A DNA stretch of 64,000 nt from Halogranum rubrum (GTDB lineage Archaea > Halobacteriota > Halobacteria > Halobacteriales > Haloferacaceae): positions 217,012 to 281,011 of the forward strand of contig NZ_FOTC01000002.1 in the NCBI RefSeq assembly GCF_900114455.1. The letters run 5' to 3'. Positions 46,992-56,713 of the stretch are shown one piece after another (positions within the stretch are counted from its first letter, which is position 1; each line of letters starts with the position of its first letter). A program made the position numbers and the translations under genes. The notes under the pieces are model-generated. The model was not told the DNA's origin, searched no databases, and saw only the letters and a program-made list of their open reading frames with translations.

Positions 46992-47333
46992 CTACCGACC
47001 CCTCATCCGACCGTACAGATACAACCCGAGACCCGCGAGTAGGAGCAGGTTCGACGTCGTCGCCGCCGTCGGCCACCCCGTCACGAGTTCGACTGCCTGG
47101 GCGACGCCGGACCCGATGAACGCGGCACCGGTCGTCACACCGAGTGTCTGTCCGCCGCTGTTCGTGAGGACGAGGTAGCCGACGACGACGATGGCGACGC
47201 TGAACACCGCGTCGACGACGAGCGAGACGAGTGGGTTGCCCGTGACGATACTGACGACGACGAGCAACACGTACCCGATGAGAAACGCGCGAAGGAGATT
47301 CTGTTGTCCCTCGGAGATTTCGGAGACGGCCAT
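46992..47333 (-). CDS. small polytopic membrane protein (113 aa)
   Basis: 3-4 predicted TM helices, G/V/L-rich, normal codon bias. Confidence 0.5.
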   Translation of the reverse strand: MAVSEISEGQQNLLRAFLIGYVLLVVVSIVTGNPLVSLVVDAVFSVAIVVVGYLVLTNSGGQTLGVTTGAAFIGSGVAQAVELVTGWPTAATTSNLLLLAGLGLYLYGRMRGR

Positions 47334-47394
47334 ACGTCTCTTCGGGACTGCCGCTACTTCAGTTCGGGTGTCTCGGGCGGCAGAGAGCGGCCAC

Positions 47395-47889
47395 TCACAC
47401 GTCGGTCAACGTCGCCGCGCCGAAGGGAACCGAGAAGCGGTCACACCAGATGCTCACGCCCCGGTAGCCCGTGGGGTCGATTTCCGCCGAGAGTCGTTGC
47501 GTGAACGTCCCTTCTTTCGTACTCTCGCCGCCGTCCGCACCACCGTCGATGAGTACGCGAACGCCCGCACGGACGTCGCTCGTCGTGTCCGGGTCGGCGG
47601 CGGGCGTCAGGTAGACGAACACGTCCGGTCCCTGCGTCTGTTCGTAGTCCTCGAACCGAAGTGCGTAGCCCTCGCTGTCCTCGTAGAGTGTCACCGTTCC
47701 GGACACGCGATGGTTGGCCTTGCCGACGAACTCGCCGCGTTTCAGCGGCGTTCCGAGCGGTGTCTCGGCTTCCACGACTGCCGTCGACCGTTCGGGTGCG
47801 AACAGTTCGTTCGCCGTGAGGCCGACGACACCGACTCCGACCACTGCACCAATCCCCTTCAACACCGTGCGCCGTCTCATGGGTCTCAT
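47395..47889 (-). CDS. Tat-secreted DM13-domain protein
   Basis: MRPMRRRTVLKGIGAVVGVGVV twin-arginine signal. C-terminal DM13-like beta domain (GKANHRVSGTVTLYEDSEGYALRFEDYEQTQGPDVFVYLT). Confidence 0.7.
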   Translation of the reverse strand: MRPMRRRTVLKGIGAVVGVGVVGLTANELFAPERSTAVVEAETPLGTPLKRGEFVGKANHRVSGTVTLYEDSEGYALRFEDYEQTQGPDVFVYLTPAADPDTTSDVRAGVRVLIDGGADGGESTKEGTFTQRLSAEIDPTGYRGVSIWCDRFSVPFGAATLTDV

Positions 47890-47957
47890 CGTGTCTCTAC
47901 TGACGACTCGGGAGATATTCGCGCTATAGCGGTGGTGCGTCGCTGACGCTCAGGTGC

Positions 47958-48371
47958 TCACTGTCTCTCTGTTCGCCGTCTGTCTCTCGCCGCGCCGGAC
48001 GTCCCCAGCGACCGGAGGGCGTGCCCACCGCCGTACGCGAACGTCGCGAGCAGGGTCACGAGCGCGAGCGGTGTCAGCACGCCTTCGGGGTTCGTGTAGG
48101 CGGCGACGACCATCGCCGTGACGGAGAATGTCAAGAGGAGATTCGAGACGAGTCGACGTCTGGACGATAGCTGACGGGCGAACAGCCAGTACAGCGAGAG
48201 ATATCCGAGGAAACCGGTTCCGTACTCCGCACCCGGCGGCCAGAGGTCGGTGTTCAGTGCTTGGTCGAGGAGCGCCGCCCCGCCGAAGGTGAGGCAGAGA
48301 GCGACGCCGACGACGGCGACGAGGTCGGAGACGTCGACGTCACGCCCGTCGTTGAGGAGAGAGAGGACCAT
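47958..48371 (-). CDS. small membrane protein (137 aa)
   Basis: 4 TM helices and a basic C-terminus. Confidence 0.5.
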   Translation of the reverse strand: MVLSLLNDGRDVDVSDLVAVVGVALCLTFGGAALLDQALNTDLWPPGAEYGTGFLGYLSLYWLFARQLSSRRRLVSNLLLTFSVTAMVVAAYTNPEGVLTPLALVTLLATFAYGGGHALRSLGTSGAARDRRRTERQ

Positions 48372-48410
48372 GCGCGCACTTCTGTCGCTTCCGTAATAAG
48401 TTCGCCACCC

Positions 48411-49316
48411 TCACACCCAGTCGACGCCGAGTCCCTCGTGGACGACGAACTCTAAGGCGTTGACGAGGTAGTGGGCGACGACGACGACGAACAGACTCCC
48501 CGTGAGTACGAACGTCGCGGCGAGCACGAATCCGAGCATCCCCGTGACGAGGATGCCGCCGGGCCCCTGCGCGCCGTGACCGAGTGCGAAGGCCACCGAA
48601 GAAAGCGCGGCGAGGAGCCACGGCGAGATGCCGAATCCCGTACTGAGGACGCCGATGAGCGCCGCCCGAAAGAGCAGTTCTTCGAACCCGGCGATGACCG
48701 GGAGGACGAGGAATAAGAGTACCGCCCATCCTGCCACGGAGTCGGGTGCGAGCGCCTTCCGTAGCTCCTCGGAGTTGCCGATGCCGATTCGCTCGCCGAA
48801 GGCGGCCCCGACTTCGTTGACGGCGTAGAGTCCGACACCGAGTCCGGTACCGACGGCGAGCATGAGCAGGGTGACGCTGTCGCCACCGAGTCCCAGCGCC
48901 GACAGCGGAATCTGGGTGTACCACGCGCCGATGACGAGCAGCGCGCCGAACAGTCCCTGTGAGAGGGCGACGTTGACGAGCAGCGACGCCGTCGACATCT
49001 CGTAGTGTGAGTGGCCGTCTCGGCGCTCGCCGTCAGCAGAGACGACGTCGACGGCCTCCCACTTGCGTTCGAGTGCCGTGGTCGCCGTCGTAAGTGCCGG
49101 AACGGTACCAGTCGTGTCGACGCCGCCGTCTGCCGTCGTCTCGGTGAGCCACCCGTCTCGACCGGGACGGCGCTTGAGCGGTCGCTCCGGGTCGAACTGT
49201 TGGACGAGCACGTCGTCTGGAACTTCGGAAAAAATCGACTTCGACGCGTGTGCGAGTAAGAGAAGCAAGCCGAGGACGACGCCCGCGAATCCGGCGAACG
49301 CCGCCCAGTCAGTCAT
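48411..49316 (-). CDS. CPBP-family intramembrane metalloprotease (Abi) downstream of lonB
   Basis: EELLFRAALIG and FALGHG motifs. Multi-TM. The gene starts 1 nt after the lon stop. Confidence 0.85.
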   Translation of the reverse strand: MTDWAAFAGFAGVVLGLLLLLAHASKSIFSEVPDDVLVQQFDPERPLKRRPGRDGWLTETTADGGVDTTGTVPALTTATTALERKWEAVDVVSADGERRDGHSHYEMSTASLLVNVALSQGLFGALLVIGAWYTQIPLSALGLGGDSVTLLMLAVGTGLGVGLYAVNEVGAAFGERIGIGNSEELRKALAPDSVAGWAVLLFLVLPVIAGFEELLFRAALIGVLSTGFGISPWLLAALSSVAFALGHGAQGPGGILVTGMLGFVLAATFVLTGSLFVVVVAHYLVNALEFVVHEGLGVDWV

Positions 49317-51455
49317 CTACTGCGGACTGGGGCTGCTCGGACCTTTGTTGACGGTCGTGCCCTTCCCCTTGTCCAGGGTCGAACCGGTGATGGTGCGGAG
49401 GCGGGCGATGAGCGAATCCTTCTCGGGTTCGCCTTCGAGCGCCACGTCGAGCACCTCGCTGATGTGCGAGACGGGGATGATTTCGACCATCTCCTTGTAC
49501 TCGTCTTCGATCATGACGTCCTGCATGTTCGCCGCCGGGATGATGACGGTGTCCATGCCGGCCTTCGCGGCCGCCTCGATCTTGTGGGTGACCCCACCGA
49601 CCGGGAGCACGTCGCCACGCACGGATAGGGAACCGGTCATGGCGATGTTCTGTGCGACGCCGACTTCTTCCAGTGCGCTGATGACGGCCGTCGCCACCGT
49701 GACGGAGGCGGAGTCGCCGTCGACGCCCTCGTAGGCCTGCACGAACTGGATGTGTACGTCTTTCTCCGACAGGTCCTCGTCGGAGAACTTCTTGATGATG
49801 GCCGAGACGTTCTGCACCGACTCCTCGGCAATCTCCTGAAGCTTACCCGTGGCGATGACCTGCCCCGGCCCCTGCGAGGGAGCCACTTCGGCCATGACGG
49901 GCATCACGATACCGGAGTCTTCGCCCATGACGGCGAGACCGTTGACGCGGCCCGTGACGAAGCCGTCGTTGACGGAGAGTTCGTAGTCCTTGCGGCGCTG
50001 GATGTAGTCGTCGGCGATCTGCTGTTCGATGCTGCGCGAGCGGCGCTTGGCCTGCAGGACGTGTTCCCGCGTGACCGTGTCTGCGCCCTCTGCGCGGCCG
50101 ATGTCGCCGGCGACGCGCACCAGTCCACCGAGGTTACGGAACTCGAGGGTGAGGTGGCCCTTCCGACCCGCACGGCGGCGGGCTTCGAGGATGACCTCTT
50201 CCATGGCTTCGCGGTCGAAGCTCGGGAGGCGGCCGTCCTTGGCGACCTCTTGGGCGACGAAGCGTGCGTACTTGCGCCGCATCTCGGGGGTGTCCTCGAT
50301 GGTGTCGTCCATGTACACCTCGTACCCGTACCCCTTGATACGGGAGCGGAGTGCGGGGTGCATGTTCTCCATCGCGTCGAGGTTACCCGCAGCCACCATG
50401 ACGAAGTCCGTCGGGACCGGTTCCGTCTGGACCATCGCACCCGAGGAGCGCTCGGACTGCCCGGTGATACCGAACGCGCCCTCCTGGATGGCGGTCATGA
50501 GGTGCTGCTGGGAGCGGATGTCGAGCGTGTTGATCTCGTCGATGAACAGCACGCCTTTGTTCGCCTTGTGAATCGCGCCGGGTTCGACGCGGTCGTGGCT
50601 CGGCGTCTCCATCCCACCGGACTGGAACGGGTCGTGCCGGACGTCGCCGAGGAGTGCACCAGCGTGTGCACCCGTCGAGTCCTCGAACGGTGCCGTCTTC
50701 GTGTCGGCGTTGTTCACGAGGAGGTTCGGAATCATCGCGTCGCCGCTGCGGGAGCCGTAGCGGAACGCCAGATAGATGATACCCGCTGCGAGGATACCGA
50801 GGAGAATCTGTCCGGCGATGATGAGCGAGTAGCCCAGCACGACGGCGATGATGATCCACATGAGGAACGAGCGCATCTGGTTGCGCTTGCGTGCTTCCTC
50901 TTTGTGGGCCTCGACGATCTGTTCACCTTTTCCGGCGGGGACCGTCCGAACCTTCGGTTGGTTCCCGTCGTCGGGGTTGTGGTAGACGAGGACGTCCTGG
51001 AGCTCCTCTTTCGGGAGGAGTTCGGCCATCGCCTTCGCGAGCATCGACTTCCCCGTCCCGGGGGAGCCAATCATCATCACGTGTCGTCGCTGCTTCGCCG
51101 CCTTCATCACGACGTCACGGGCGTGTTCCTGCCCGATGACCTGGTCGACGAGACGGTCGGGGACCTCTATCTCGTCAGTCGAGTCGATGAGGAGGCCACC
51201 GAGGAGGTCGTCGTCGTCGACGTCTTCGGCGATATCTGCACTGACCTCGACGCTGCTACCGAGGTCGTCTATCGAGGAGGACTCCGTGCCCTCGGGGTCA
51301 GGGTGGTGCCCCCGTTCGCGGTTCCCGTCCGTCGGCTGGTCACCGGACACAGGAGTTGGCTCCGGCTCCGGCTCCGAGTCCTGTTGGGTGGACTCGTCGG
51401 AGTCACGTGCCCCCTGCTCCGGGTGCCTGTCGTCTTTGTCCATGTCGTTGCTCAT
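49317..51455 (-). CDS. lon: archaeal membrane-bound ATP-dependent Lon protease (LonB)
   Basis: 712 aa. Acidic N-terminal extension. Walker A GSPGTGKSM. TM insertion within the AAA+ domain (LMWIIIAVVLGYSLIIAGQILLGILAAGIIYLAF). C-terminal Ser-Lys protease domain. Confidence 0.95.
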   Translation of the reverse strand: MSNDMDKDDRHPEQGARDSDESTQQDSEPEPEPTPVSGDQPTDGNRERGHHPDPEGTESSSIDDLGSSVEVSADIAEDVDDDDLLGGLLIDSTDEIEVPDRLVDQVIGQEHARDVVMKAAKQRRHVMMIGSPGTGKSMLAKAMAELLPKEELQDVLVYHNPDDGNQPKVRTVPAGKGEQIVEAHKEEARKRNQMRSFLMWIIIAVVLGYSLIIAGQILLGILAAGIIYLAFRYGSRSGDAMIPNLLVNNADTKTAPFEDSTGAHAGALLGDVRHDPFQSGGMETPSHDRVEPGAIHKANKGVLFIDEINTLDIRSQQHLMTAIQEGAFGITGQSERSSGAMVQTEPVPTDFVMVAAGNLDAMENMHPALRSRIKGYGYEVYMDDTIEDTPEMRRKYARFVAQEVAKDGRLPSFDREAMEEVILEARRRAGRKGHLTLEFRNLGGLVRVAGDIGRAEGADTVTREHVLQAKRRSRSIEQQIADDYIQRRKDYELSVNDGFVTGRVNGLAVMGEDSGIVMPVMAEVAPSQGPGQVIATGKLQEIAEESVQNVSAIIKKFSDEDLSEKDVHIQFVQAYEGVDGDSASVTVATAVISALEEVGVAQNIAMTGSLSVRGDVLPVGGVTHKIEAAAKAGMDTVIIPAANMQDVMIEDEYKEMVEIIPVSHISEVLDVALEGEPEKDSLIARLRTITGSTLDKGKGTTVNKGPSSPSPQ

Positions 51456-51622
51456 AGAACTGTGTCGCTGTATAGACCGTAGGGTGCGCGATTGATATAC
51501 TTTCTCCCCGAGGGCGGTGCCGTTGCAGCATCGTATCCGGCAGCTGACGCCCGATACGCCACGATTTGACCCGAAATAACGGACTCGTCGGCTTTATAAA
51601 TAGCCGGGGGGAACTGAGAGGC

Positions 51623-52162
51623 ATGCGGGGGTTCTACATCGGTCGCTTCCAGCCGTACCACAACGGCCACCACCACATGGTGAAAGAGATCGCAACGGAG
51701 GTCGACGAACTCGTTCTCGGCATCGGGAGCGCGGGCGACTCACACTCGACGCGCAACCCCTTTACTGCCGGCGAGCGCATCATGATGATCACCAAGTCGG
51801 TCGCCGAGTTCGACATCACGACCTACGTCGTTCCCATCGAGGACCTCGACCGGAACTCCGTCTGGGTCAGCCACGTCCAGAGCATGTCACCGAAGTTCGA
51901 CGTCGCCTACTCGAACAACCCGCTCGTCATCCAACTGTTCAACGAGGCCGGCGTCGAAGTGCGACAGTCGCCGATGTTCCGCCGCGAAGTGCTCGAAGGG
52001 ACCGAACTCCGCCAGCGGATGATCGACGGCGGCGACTGGCGTGGCCTCGTCCCCGACCCCGCGGTCGACGTCATCGACGAAATCGACGGTATCGAGCGCA
52101 TCCAGAAGGTCAGTGACAGCGACTCCAACGGACACACCAGTATCGACTCTGCACTGGACTGA
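51623..52162 (+). CDS. nadM: nicotinamide-nucleotide adenylyltransferase (archaeal NadM type)
   Basis: Start ATG 51623 (MRGFYIGRFQPYHNGH). The (H/T)xGH motif is present. About 180 aa. Confidence 0.9.
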   Translation: MRGFYIGRFQPYHNGHHHMVKEIATEVDELVLGIGSAGDSHSTRNPFTAGERIMMITKSVAEFDITTYVVPIEDLDRNSVWVSHVQSMSPKFDVAYSNNPLVIQLFNEAGVEVRQSPMFRREVLEGTELRQRMIDGGDWRGLVPDPAVDVIDEIDGIERIQKVSDSDSNGHTSIDSALD

Positions 52163-52168
52163 GTATCT

Positions 52169-52960
52169 ATGACACCACCGATCACTCTCGCCTCCGACTT
52201 CGGAACGCCGTACCCCGCCGCGATGAAAGGCGTCCTGCTCCAGCGACTCGGCGACGTTCGACTCGTCGACGTCGCGCACGACTTCCCCAGACAGGACGTT
52301 CCCACGGCCGCCTTCTGGCTCCGTGAGACGCTGCCGTACTTCCCCCCTGCAGTCCACCTCGCCGTCGTCGACCCCGGCGTCGGCACCGACCGCGCAGCAC
52401 TCGCCGTCCGCGTCGGCGACCACGCACTCGTCGGTCCCGACAACGGCTTACTCCTCCCGCCTGCGAGACGGGTTGCCGAACGAGAAGACGCCGAAATCGA
52501 GGTGTTCGACGTCACCTACGACACCCCTGCCTCGACGACGTTCCACGGTCGGGACCTCTTTGCACCCGTCGCGGCCGACGTCCACGAGGTGGGTGTCGAC
52601 GCGATGGAGACACTCGACCACCTCACACCGGTCGACGCGGACGACTACGTCGACCTCACGCTTCCGGAACCGACGGTCGAACGCGAACGCGGTGCGACGA
52701 CGGTTACCGGCGAAGTGCTCGTCGTCGACGACTTCGGCAACGCCATCACCAACGTTCCCGGCGACCTGTTCGCCGACTGTGAGGAAGTCGTCGTCGACGG
52801 CATCACGGTTCCCGTCGTCGACGCGTTCGCGGACGTCTCTCGCGGCGAACGACTGCTCACCGTCGGAAGCCACGGCTACGTCGAGTGCGACGTGAACCGG
52901 GGCCGAGGTGACAAGGCGTTCGGCCTCACTGTCGGCGACTCGGTGCAGTTCTCCTTCTGA
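52169..52960 (+). CDS. SAM hydroxide adenosyltransferase (DUF62; fluorinase/chlorinase-like SAM hydrolase)
   Basis: 263 aa. N-terminal ITLASDFG, VDPGVGT and C-terminal beta-domain motifs of the 5'-fluoro-5'-deoxyadenosine synthase / SAM hydrolase family. Confidence 0.85.
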   Translation: MTPPITLASDFGTPYPAAMKGVLLQRLGDVRLVDVAHDFPRQDVPTAAFWLRETLPYFPPAVHLAVVDPGVGTDRAALAVRVGDHALVGPDNGLLLPPARRVAEREDAEIEVFDVTYDTPASTTFHGRDLFAPVAADVHEVGVDAMETLDHLTPVDADDYVDLTLPEPTVERERGATTVTGEVLVVDDFGNAITNVPGDLFADCEEVVVDGITVPVVDAFADVSRGERLLTVGSHGYVECDVNRGRGDKAFGLTVGDSVQFSF

Positions 52961-52963
52961 GCG

Positions 52964-53569
52964 ATGGACGCCTTCGACCTGATGAACGTCGTCGGTCTCG
53001 TCGCGTTCGCCGTCGTCGGGTCGCTGAAAGCCGCCGACGCCGAGTTGGACCTCTTCGGCGTCGCCGTCCTCGGCGTCCTCACCGCACTCGGCGGCGGGAC
53101 GATGCGCGATACGCTCGTCGGTCGGACACCTGCGTCGTTACAGTCCATGGCGGACATGAGCGTCGCCGTCGTCGGCGTCGTCCTCGCTGTCGTGCTCTCA
53201 CGGCGACTCGCTGGCCGCCTGCGCGACCATCCCGCGGTCCTCCTCTCGGACGCCGTCGGCTTGGCGGCGTTCGCAGCGACGGGCGCACTCGTCGGGTCTG
53301 AGGCAGGACTGTCGCCGTACGGCGTCGTCATCCTGGCGACGCTCACTGCTGTCGGCGGCGGGAGTCTCGCGGACCTGCTGTTGACGCGCGTCCCTGTCGT
53401 CCTCCGCGAGGACTTCTACGCGACACCGGCGCTCTTCGGCGGCGTCGTCTTCTGGTTGGTGACGCAACTGGGCGTCGTCGTCGACACCGCCGCACTCGTC
53501 TGTGCGGGGTTCGTGCTCTCGACGCGTCTACTCGCGCTTCGGTACGAGTGGGAGTTACCGCGAGTGTGA
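52964..53569 (+). CDS. TRIC/UPF0126-family membrane channel protein
   Basis: 201 aa, two 3-TM repeats each with a glycine-rich motif (LTALGGGTMRD / LTAVGGGSLAD). Confidence 0.8.
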   Translation: MDAFDLMNVVGLVAFAVVGSLKAADAELDLFGVAVLGVLTALGGGTMRDTLVGRTPASLQSMADMSVAVVGVVLAVVLSRRLAGRLRDHPAVLLSDAVGLAAFAATGALVGSEAGLSPYGVVILATLTAVGGGSLADLLLTRVPVVLREDFYATPALFGGVVFWLVTQLGVVVDTAALVCAGFVLSTRLLALRYEWELPRV

Positions 53570-53694
53570 GCGTCCAAACGATAGCGTGCTCCGAACCCGT
53601 ACGAACCCGATAGCTGATTCCCGCAGGCCGGTCTGGCACTCGGTGTCTCCGACGGACGGTCGACCGACGTGAGGGAAACATCGATACCAAGCGC

Positions 53695-54096
53695 GTGGTA
53701 ATTGACGGCATGGTATCCCGCCGAACCAGTGCCGTAGTAGAACTCGTTGTTGCTCTCGTCGGCCTCCTGTTCCAACTGCGAATCTGGCAGTATCTCCGAG
53801 AACACGGAGGACGAGACGACTCGATTTCACTCTCTCTGTACGGACTCTCGATGGGAGCGATCGGACAGATTGCACAGTACTGGCTGAAAGACAACGACTA
53901 CCACCAGATTCGGTCGAACCGTCGTCGGGAGTTCGTCGCCAGTTTCTGTTTTATCGTGTGGGAGCGAGTCCTTCGTCGCCGGACGTCGAACCCGAGAGCG
54001 GTTCGGTACAACTTCGGTGTCGGACGAACCGCTGGCGCGGTACTCTATCGACTCTGGTACGGACTCTTGCATCCACTCCCCGGACCCAACGAGTGA
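53695..54096 (+). CDS. hypothetical small membrane protein (W/Y/R-rich), lower-GC region
   Basis: 133 aa, 3-4 TM. No recognised domain. Start may be the internal ATG (MVSRR). Confidence 0.4.
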   Translation: MVIDGMVSRRTSAVVELVVALVGLLFQLRIWQYLREHGGRDDSISLSLYGLSMGAIGQIAQYWLKDNDYHQIRSNRRREFVASFCFIVWERVLRRRTSNPRAVRYNFGVGRTAGAVLYRLWYGLLHPLPGPNE

Positions 54097-54139
54097 CAAA
54101 GAGTCAAGAAAAAATCCGGACGGCCGATTGTCGTCGACT

Positions 54140-55711
54140 CTACTCGGCAGCGATGACGTCGTCGATGCGGACGATCATCGTCGCGGCTTCCGTCGCGGAC
54201 TCGACCGCCTCACGCTTGACGGCGGCGGGGTCGATGATGCCGTACTCGACGGGGTCGGCGATTTCGCCCGCACGACCCGTCGAGATGATACCGGCGCGGC
54301 CCTCTTTGTCGAACATCGCGCGGAGGTCGACGAGAGCGTCGATGGGGTCCATCCCGCAGTTCTCGGCGAGGGTACGGGGCAGCGAATCGACGGCGTCGGC
54401 GAACGCTTCGACGGCGAGTTGCTTGCGGCCCTCGATACCAGCGGCTTCGGCGCGGATGTGGTCCGAGATGGCGATTTCGGTGCAGCCAGCACCCGGGACG
54501 ACGCCGCCTTTGTTGAGTGCGGCGATGACCACGTCGACGGCGTCGTTCATCGCGCGTTCGAGTTCGTCGACGACGTGTTCGGTGCCGCCGCGGAGGAGCA
54601 GCGTCACGGACTTCGCCGCGTCGCCACCCTCGACGAAGGTGAGTTCGTCGTCACCGAACTTCTCGACGTGGACGCTGTCCACGTGACCGAAGTCGGTCTC
54701 GTCCGCGTCGGAGAGGGACCCGAGGCGCTTCGCGCCGGTCGCGCGGGCGAGGGCCTTCGCATCCGAGGATTTGACGTTCTTGAACGCGAGGATGCCCGCG
54801 TCTGCGAGGTAGCCTGCGACGCGGTCGTCGATCTTCTTCGTGCAGAAGACGACGTCGACACCGGCCTCCGAGAGGGTCTTCGCGTAGCCGCGGAGTTCGT
54901 TGTCCTCGGCTTCGATGGCGGCGTTGAGTTGGTCGACGGAGGTGATGTTGTACTCCGCTTTCGACTCGCCTTTGCGCACTTCGAGTTTCATGTCGAGGAC
55001 GGCCACGTTGGCGTCTTCGACGGACTTGGGCATGTTCTCGTTCGCGCGCTCTTTGTCGATGACGACGCCCTCGACGAGTTCCGTCGCCGACGAGGAGGCA
55101 CCCGTGCGGGTGAGCACGCGGATGTGGTCGCGGTTGATCTTCGCGTCGTCGGCGACGTGGCGGACGGCCTGGACGACGAGTTTCGCGAGGACGTCGGCGG
55201 TGACGTCGCCCGTTCCTTTCCCGGTCATCGAGGACTCGGCGACCTGTTCGAGCACCTCGTTGTCGCCGAGGTCGAGGTCGAGGACCATCTCGTCGATGGC
55301 TTCCTGTGCGAGACGGGCACCTTCGTGGTACCCCTCGACGATGACCGTCGGGTGGAGGTCGGCGTCGAGGAGGTCTTCGGCCTGCGCGAGAAGTTCGCCC
55401 GTCAGGACGGCGGCTGTCGTCGTTCCGTCACCGACTTCTTCCTCTTGGGTCTGGGCGACTTCTACGATCATCTGTGCGGCGGGGTGCTCGATGTCCATCT
55501 CCTCGAGAATCGTCGCACCGTCGTTCGTGATGACGACGGTGCCCGAGGAGTCGACGAGCATCTTGTCCATCCCTCGCGGGCCGAGTGTGGTCCGTACCGC
55601 GTTGGCGACGGCTTTGCCGGCGCGGATGTTGGAGTCCTGGGCGGCCTGACCGCGGGTGCGCTGGCTACCTTCGGAGAGAATGAACATCGGTTGCTGCATG
55701 CGACTTGCCAT
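54140..55711 (-). CDS. ths: thermosome subunit (group II chaperonin)
   Basis: 523 aa. GPRGMDKML and [10 protein letters not shown] motifs, ATP-binding GDGTTT, helical-protrusion apical domain. Confidence 0.95.
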   Translation of the reverse strand: MASRMQQPMFILSEGSQRTRGQAAQDSNIRAGKAVANAVRTTLGPRGMDKMLVDSSGTVVITNDGATILEEMDIEHPAAQMIVEVAQTQEEEVGDGTTTAAVLTGELLAQAEDLLDADLHPTVIVEGYHEGARLAQEAIDEMVLDLDLGDNEVLEQVAESSMTGKGTGDVTADVLAKLVVQAVRHVADDAKINRDHIRVLTRTGASSSATELVEGVVIDKERANENMPKSVEDANVAVLDMKLEVRKGESKAEYNITSVDQLNAAIEAEDNELRGYAKTLSEAGVDVVFCTKKIDDRVAGYLADAGILAFKNVKSSDAKALARATGAKRLGSLSDADETDFGHVDSVHVEKFGDDELTFVEGGDAAKSVTLLLRGGTEHVVDELERAMNDAVDVVIAALNKGGVVPGAGCTEIAISDHIRAEAAGIEGRKQLAVEAFADAVDSLPRTLAENCGMDPIDALVDLRAMFDKEGRAGIISTGRAGEIADPVEYGIIDPAAVKREAVESATEAATMIVRIDDVIAAE

Positions 55712-55738
55712 GATGAGTAAACCTCAGCAGATTCATGG

Positions 55739-55786
55739 TTTGCGGTTCTATATATACATTTCGATTATGAAAGAGAAAACCGCAAG
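55739..55786 (-). promoter_or_regulatory. thermosome promoter: TATATATA box bracketed by 8-bp perfect inverted repeat TTGCGGTT...AACCGCAA
   Basis: Read directly. TATATATA is at 55749-55756. The inverted-repeat arms are at 55740-55747 and 55778-55785. The TATA box sits about 40 bp upstream of the ths ATG (55711). Confidence 0.5.
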
Positions 55787-55864
55787 ACAGCGTCGGGTTA
55801 CTCTGCGAGCTGCTCGCACGTCTCTCAGGTCAGTATCGACAGGAACATAACGGCCGATACGGAG

Positions 55865-56701
55865 TTGCGGACGATGCTGGAGTTGGAACACGGCTTTCGG
55901 GTCGTCGACGTGAACGCACGACTCGACTCGGACTCGGGAGCAGTAGCGACACGAGGACGAGAGATAACCCCCGAACGCCTCGAACGCGAGATGCACCAAG
56001 CGGGCGTCGTCCGGGCGGTGGTCTCACCGAGCGCACGCCCACGCGAAGAAGGATACCTCCGGGCGAACAACGCCGTCGCCCGTCTGAGTGTCGACCGGCC
56101 GTTCCTCGCGTTCGCCCGTCTCAACGGCACCCACGACGTTACGGGGGGAACGACCTCACGACTCAAGAATCTCACCACCTCGCGGAAGGACCACCACGTC
56201 TCGCCGGACGACGTCGAGCAGTACGCCTACGACGACCGCTTTCACGGCTTCGTCCTCGACCCCGCCCACGACGGTCTGCCAGACGAGGCAGTGCTCGAAC
56301 GCCTCGACGACGTCGGTCTCCCCGTCCTCGTCTACGCGGGCGAGTCGTTTCCCCCGGACGCCGTCGCCGACACGCTGCTCGACTACTCCTTCGCCGTCGT
56401 ATTGACCTGCTTCGGTGGGTTCCCGCTCAACCGCCAACTCATGTGGGCGGCAATCGACCTCCTCGACGACTACGACGACCTCTATCTGGAGACGAGTTTC
56501 GTCCGGTACCGCACCGTGTTAGAACGAGCACTTCGCGAACATCCCGACCGCGTCCTGTTCGGCAGCGGCGCACCGGAGACACACCCCGACGTCGGCGTGA
56601 TGGAACTGTTGACACTCGACGTGTCGGAGGACGCGATGGCACGAGCCTTCGCGAAGAACGCCTCGCGAGTCGTCTCGGGACTTGCTCCAGGCAGCGAGTA
56701 G
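55865..56701 (+). CDS. amidohydrolase-2 family (TIM-barrel metal-dependent hydrolase)
   Basis: 278 aa. N-terminal strand carrying an invariant Asp (VVDVNARL), HGFVLDP and other motifs in Amidohydro_2 order. Alternative start 55874. Confidence 0.65.
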   Translation: MRTMLELEHGFRVVDVNARLDSDSGAVATRGREITPERLEREMHQAGVVRAVVSPSARPREEGYLRANNAVARLSVDRPFLAFARLNGTHDVTGGTTSRLKNLTTSRKDHHVSPDDVEQYAYDDRFHGFVLDPAHDGLPDEAVLERLDDVGLPVLVYAGESFPPDAVADTLLDYSFAVVLTCFGGFPLNRQLMWAAIDLLDDYDDLYLETSFVRYRTVLERALREHPDRVLFGSGAPETHPDVGVMELLTLDVSEDAMARAFAKNASRVVSGLAPGSE

Positions 56702-56713
56702 GCCGTCTCGGCT

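Noticed and set aside
49752-51482. 576-aa ORF antisense to lonB
   Set aside because: LonB motifs (Walker A, TM insert, protease domain) are on the minus strand. The + strand ORF is frame shadow.
54017-55720. 567-aa ORF antisense to the thermosome gene
   Set aside because: The thermosome is unambiguous on the minus strand.
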